This document shows positions 59,775 to 64,000 of a stretch of DNA of 64,000 bases, piece after piece. The notes below the pieces were generated by a model, which was not told the DNA's origin, ran no database searches, and was given only the letters and a program-made list of their open reading frames with translations. Within the stretch, counting starts at the first letter, position 1. Every line of letters starts with the position of its first letter. The DNA comes from Thermoplasmatales archaeon (GTDB lineage: Archaea; Thermoplasmatota; Thermoplasmata; Thermoplasmatales; Thermoplasmataceae), in the NCBI GenBank assembly GCA_027310185.1, contig DAIDBH010000008.1:1-64000 (forward strand), written 5' to 3'. The position numbers were made by a program, and so were the translations under genes.

Positions 59775-61004
59775 GTATAGCGTTTCCTAATTACACTTGC
59801 AATTATTTATACTCAGAAACGATATACAAGCATGGTGTTTCAACGAACAAAGCCTCATGTTGTGCTGAATCCAGAGGAAAAAGCACGTCTCGAGAAGATT
59901 ATCAGATCCGGAAAATCTGAGAAGAGGGAGTATGACAGGGCCAGGATAATCCTCATGGATTATGAGGGTAAAGGCGTGAATGCAATTGCAAGGGAATTAG
60001 ATACCAACAGGACAAGGGTATACCTTGTAATAGACAAGGCTATCTCATTTGGTGTGGAGAAGGCACTGAAGGACTTACCGGGCAGGGGAAGAAACAGGGC
60101 AATTGGCGATGATGAAAGATCCTTCATCATAAAGAGCGCATGCACAAAGCCTTCAGATCTTGGATATACATACGAGGTGTGGACAAACCGATTATTGACG
60201 GAATACATCAGGAAGAATGCACCTGAGGAGTATAATCTCAAGGATATATCCAATGGAACGGTATCAAAGATACTGACAAGGGGCAACATCCGTCCCCATA
60301 AGATCAGATACTACATGGAGAGGACTGATCCTGAGCATGAGAAGAAGCAGGCTGAAGTCCTTCATGTCTACAGGGAAGTAAAGATACTCAGGGAGGAAAA
60401 AGAACCAGGCAGGGAGATGCTGACCGCCATACTGTCATATGATGAGAAGCCAGGCATACAGGCAATCAGCAACATATACCCGGATAAACAGCCTGATGTT
60501 GAAAATGGATTCATATCCAGGAATCATGATTACAGGCGTAACGGGACACTATCACTGATGGCAGGAATTGACCTTGTTTCCGGTCATGTAATACCACTCG
60601 TTGAGGACAGGCACAGGAGCCTGGAGTTTGTGAAATGGCTTGAACTCGTGGACAGTTATTATCCGGAAGATTACCTGATCACAGTTATTCTGGACAACCA
60701 CAGTGTTCACACTTCCAGGGAGACAATGAGGTACCTGTCATCAAGACCATGGAGATTCCACTTTGTATTTACACCAACACATGCCTCATGGCTCAACATA
60801 ATAGAGATGTTTTTCAGCAAGATGGCACGATCCATGCTAAGAGGGATAAGAGTTGAATCAAAGAAAGAGCTGAAGGAAAGGATGCTGAAATACATACAGG
60901 ATCTGAACGATGAACCGGTTGTATTCACCTGGAACTGGAAAATGGATGAGATGGCTGGGGGCATAATGTCGTAATATTGTAAGTGTATTATGGAAACGCT
61001 ATAC
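59775..61004 (+). mobile_element. IS630-family element
   Basis: Imperfect terminal inverted repeats of about 30 bp (gtatagcgtttcc..acactt.caat); TA duplicated at 59773-74 and 61005-06. Confidence 0.93.
59832..60974 (+). CDS. IS630 DDE transposase
   Basis: YDEKPGIQA, LDNHSVH, HASWLNIIEMFF. Confidence 0.95.
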   Translation: MVFQRTKPHVVLNPEEKARLEKIIRSGKSEKREYDRARIILMDYEGKGVNAIARELDTNRTRVYLVIDKAISFGVEKALKDLPGRGRNRAIGDDERSFIIKSACTKPSDLGYTYEVWTNRLLTEYIRKNAPEEYNLKDISNGTVSKILTRGNIRPHKIRYYMERTDPEHEKKQAEVLHVYREVKILREEKEPGREMLTAILSYDEKPGIQAISNIYPDKQPDVENGFISRNHDYRRNGTLSLMAGIDLVSGHVIPLVEDRHRSLEFVKWLELVDSYYPEDYLITVILDNHSVHTSRETMRYLSSRPWRFHFVFTPTHASWLNIIEMFFSKMARSMLRGIRVESKKELKERMLKYIQDLNDEPVVFTWNWKMDEMAGGIMS

Positions 61005-61575
61005 TAGTGCAGAGAGAGTTTCAAAACTTAGGAATTTATATACATCTTTAGATGAGGGAAGTGTAATCATAGTAGAGCCAGAGATTGAGGCATGGTATGT
61101 TGCAGGATTATCAAAAGGAAGTAAAAAAAGACTGGGAATAAAAATTTCTGGAAAGTTAGAATCCTGTACAAAGGAGAAATTCAAGAACACCATTGGAAAA
61201 AAAAGAGACAACACTGACTTTAGGATGGAAATTTTAGAAAATTTTGATGTGGAAATTGCAAAGAAAAACTCGAAATCATTCAAGGAATTTGTAGAATTGT
61301 TTTCAAATATCTGTAAGCCATCAAATTAGACAAAAAATCGATAAAAGAGCTTTTTAAATTATTGACACTTTGGACTCTCATATGGTTAACAAGTTACAAT
61401 TCTATTTTTGAGTGAGTTGTGTACAACTTCTAGAATATTCATTTATTTAAAAATGCTGTCATTAATGCGCTGGAAAATAAACTATTTCCATAGCTTTTGT
61501 GAAATTTCCGTAGAGATGACCCATGTAAAAGTGTGATGAGCCATATAAAATTAAAATTTCAGGTTGGATCTTTCT

Positions 61576-62355
61576 TCAGTCATCTTTGTACAGTGTGTCC
61601 TCGTCTTCCCCTCCTGAAAGGAACAGTGACATCGCTGAATAAACGTCTTCCATCCCAAACATGTTCTTTGAGGATACAGGTATCATCTTGCTGCTCAGAC
61701 CGCTTTCTTCGAAAGAATTCATCACATTATAAAAGAAGTCCTTTCTAAGGTCCACCTTTTCCTCCATAAGGCTGTCCATGAGGTTGTCAACGGAGTTATC
61801 CCACTGGGAGATCGTTTCAAGCTGTTCGTCCTGAAGAATGTCGGACTTGTTCATTATGTACAGCGTTGGCTTGAAGAACCTTGTCATTACCGATGCATAC
61901 ATGAGTTTCTGCGATATGTATCCAGAAGGAATTGATGATATTATGGAATCTCCAATGAAAGCCAGCATTGATTTTTTACCCCCCAGGGAGTCCACTATCA
62001 TTGAACTGGATGATCTCAGCGTGAAAAGTTCTATCTGCCCGGGTGTGTCGAAGATCACGTAGTAGTCTGTGAGTTCATCAAGGAGAGCCTTGATCCTGTC
62101 CACGTTTTCTATTATGAGATCTGAAGCCACAATCTGGGCACCATTTGGGCCGAGGTTGAACTCGCTCATGATGTCGCTTATGGAAATCCATTCCCTTATG
62201 TCAATATCGCTTTCATATGGTATGAATTCTGAGCCTGGGTCGAGATTCACAATGGCCGCATCCATGTTGTTCGTTGTGAGCCAGTCCTTGAATGAAGCGC
62301 AGAATGTAGATTTTCCAGTTCCTGCCGGTCCAGCCACGAAAAGTGCCCCCTTCAT
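61576..62355 (-). CDS. GPN-loop GTPase
   Basis: GPAGTGKST, NLDPG, LGPNG, DTPGQ, NKSD. Confidence 0.93.
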   Translation of the reverse strand: MKGALFVAGPAGTGKSTFCASFKDWLTTNNMDAAIVNLDPGSEFIPYESDIDIREWISISDIMSEFNLGPNGAQIVASDLIIENVDRIKALLDELTDYYVIFDTPGQIELFTLRSSSSMIVDSLGGKKSMLAFIGDSIISSIPSGYISQKLMYASVMTRFFKPTLYIMNKSDILQDEQLETISQWDNSVDNLMDSLMEEKVDLRKDFFYNVMNSFEESGLSSKMIPVSSKNMFGMEDVYSAMSLFLSGGEDEDTLYKDD

Positions 62356-64000
62356 TCCAGGATCTCCTCCTCAAGTTCTCCATAATTATCCAGCGGATTC
62401 TCAATATGTGTTTCAACTCTCTGAATATCCTCGGTGCTGTTGAATGATGTGTCTATTGACCTGAAAATATTCTCTATCCTGTACACCTGCGCCAGTGGCA
62501 GGTTGAAATTCTTCATTAATTTCCTGGTTTCTTCCATGTATTTCACTATTCCTCCCCTGTGTATGGTGAGGATCAAGTTATCATTTCCGCATTTCTGGCA
62601 TTTTCCTGAAAGTGGAATTCTCCTGTATTTTGCATTGCACTTTGTGCAGCGCATTTCCTGCGAGAAGAAGCCCCTGTAGTTTCCGAACATATCAGGAAGA
62701 AAATGTGAATTTATGAGCCTGGACGCGACATCGTCCTGATCCACTGCCCTTATGATCTTTGCAAGGTTTAGCTGTTTCTCAATCTTTTCAGACATTGTTT
62801 CAAGGGTCTTGTATGATGACAGCAAGACACCTGAATTGAGGTCTTTCGTACTGAACTGGAAATCCATTCCCCTGGCAGATCCTGTCTTCTCCACTATGTA
62901 TTTCACTGGTTTCATCATTTCCTCGATCTCTGCTGGCTTGATCCTCTTCCTCGTGGCCTCATAAAATTCAAGTGGATATTCCGATTGTGAATCCACATTC
63001 AGGGCCTCCTTGTCGACCTCATCGGGTTTCAGCAACAGTGTCATGACAAGTGGAGCATCCATGAGCCCTCCTGTGGTAGATGGAAGGAAGTCCTTCGAGA
63101 AATTTAGGAGACCATCCATGAGCAACATTACAGAATCTTCATCACCATCACAGTTCCTTCTCTTTGCAGCGTGGTAGAATGGATGTGCATAACCTCCGTT
63201 AACCCTTGAGAATCCTATGATTCTTCCGGCTATTCCTCCTGATGTATGTGGTGCAAGCCCTATGACAATGTGTCCTATGAGGTCACTTTCATCCCTGCAA
63301 TTATAGAACCTGTCCATTTTATAATACTTTTCCAGCAGGTCATCAACATATTTTGAGACATTTAACAGGTATCTTGCACAGTCCATCGGTATTATTATAT
63401 CCTGTGTAAATAATTCATTCATTCCGGGTTCATATCCGATCTCCCGTGCCTTCTGCTCGGGCAGGAAAACTTCAGAAGACTTGAAATGTGTTATTGGCAC
63501 GTCACTCATATCATACCTGCATGTTCCATCCTTATTCACTGAGACGTTATTCAGTGAGCGGAGTATCCCCTTTTCCAGTGGTTCCACATGTCTTCCCTTG
63601 GACATGACCTTCTTTACTCCTTTGAATTCCTTGAGATCACTGGGGCTAACACCAAGGTTATCCAGCGCTGAATTCCATATCTTTGATAGATCTACCTTGA
63701 TTTTCTCATATGTGCCAGAATCCTTCATTGGTGAGCCACATTCGCTGCATCTCACCTCCGGTCCCACATGATTGCAGTTCGTGCATTTTCTGACATTTAC
63801 CTCAACCTCGTATTTGGAGTGGGATGATTTAGCGGCATCCATGATTGAGCGTCTCGAGGAACCTGTGTTTTCTATTGGAAACAGCGAATGCACCTTGGGC
63901 TTCATCTTTCTCTCTCCTGCTTTCTCCGGTCTTCCAAGCCTTGCACCTATACGCACTGGACCCCTGGGCATTATGGTTATTCCTGCGGTACTGCTTATAT
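62352..64000 (-). CDS. polC: DNA polymerase D large subunit DP2, C-terminal part (gene continues beyond the window)
   Basis: GRPEKA, KDGTCRYD, LAPHTS, HAAKRRNCDGDED, C-terminal Zn finger. Confidence 0.96.
   Translation of the reverse strand, partial: ISSTAGITIMPRGPVRIGARLGRPEKAGERKMKPKVHSLFPIENTGSSRRSIMDAAKSSHSKYEVEVNVRKCTNCNHVGPEVRCSECGSPMKDSGTYEKIKVDLSKIWNSALDNLGVSPSDLKEFKGVKKVMSKGRHVEPLEKGILRSLNNVSVNKDGTCRYDMSDVPITHFKSSEVFLPEQKAREIGYEPGMNELFTQDIIIPMDCARYLLNVSKYVDDLLEKYYKMDRFYNCRDESDLIGHIVIGLAPHTSGGIAGRIIGFSRVNGGYAHPFYHAAKRRNCDGDEDSVMLLMDGLLNFSKDFLPSTTGGLMDAPLVMTLLLKPDEVDKEALNVDSQSEYPLEFYEATRKRIKPAEIEEMMKPVKYIVEKTGSARGMDFQFSTKDLNSGVLLSSYKTLETMSEKIEKQLNLAKIIRAVDQDDVASRLINSHFLPDMFGNYRGFFSQEMRCTKCNAKYRRIPLSGKCQKCGNDNLILTIHRGGIVKYMEETRKLMKNFNLPLAQVYRIENIFRSIDTSFNSTEDIQRVETHIENPLDNYGELEEEILE

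Larger units (their letters stand above)
59567..61329 (+). pseudogene. TOPRIM-like partner gene (DUF4276/DUF3226-like) interrupted by IS630
   Basis: Removing the IS restores a 176-aa ORF with VEGYYD, DLD and EIEAWY motifs. Confidence 0.85.

Noticed and set aside
59567-59920. 117-aa ORF as a complete gene
   Set aside because: It is a chimera of the TOPRIM-like N-terminus and the IS630 left end.
63130-63190. Intein in DP2
   Set aside because: KRRNCDGDED is contiguous.

Overview
Archaeal chromosome segment, most consistent with Thermoplasmatales: isopentenyl-phosphate kinase plus type 2 IDI, A1Ao ATP synthase in the order K-E-C-F-A-B-D-H-I, PolD large subunit, GPN GTPase and a cupredoxin. The right part (about 36.7-64 kb) is mostly core genome. 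It carries an IS200/IS605 element (tnpA+tnpB) and an IS630 element that splits a probable ATPase+TOPRIM defence pair. The left part (1 to about 36.5 kb) is an accessory island downstream of a minus-strand tRNA-Ala(TGC) gene at 36513-36584. The tRNA 3' end recurs as a ladder of direct att-like repeats at 25322, 23359, 22741, 21977, 19311 and 11345. Each copy has a shared non-tRNA arm, and the copies broadly decay with distance from the tRNA. They divide the island into integrase-less gene cassettes of 0.6-8 kb, rich in toxin-antitoxin modules, plus one 11.2-kb tRNA-proximal element. That element carries Hachiman, a type III-like RM system, a convergent RelE/antitoxin pair and a deletion-fused integrase/Cdc6 remnant. 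This tRNA-anchored, integron-like cassette stack is the best candidate for an undescribed system. Other signals are two structured GC-rich non-coding tracts, a 60-bp module that ends two unrelated ORFs in the same frame, a duplicated promoter, and an unannotated 33-aa membrane ORF inside the ATP synthase operon. All calls come from manual motif reading; no database searches or folding programs were run.
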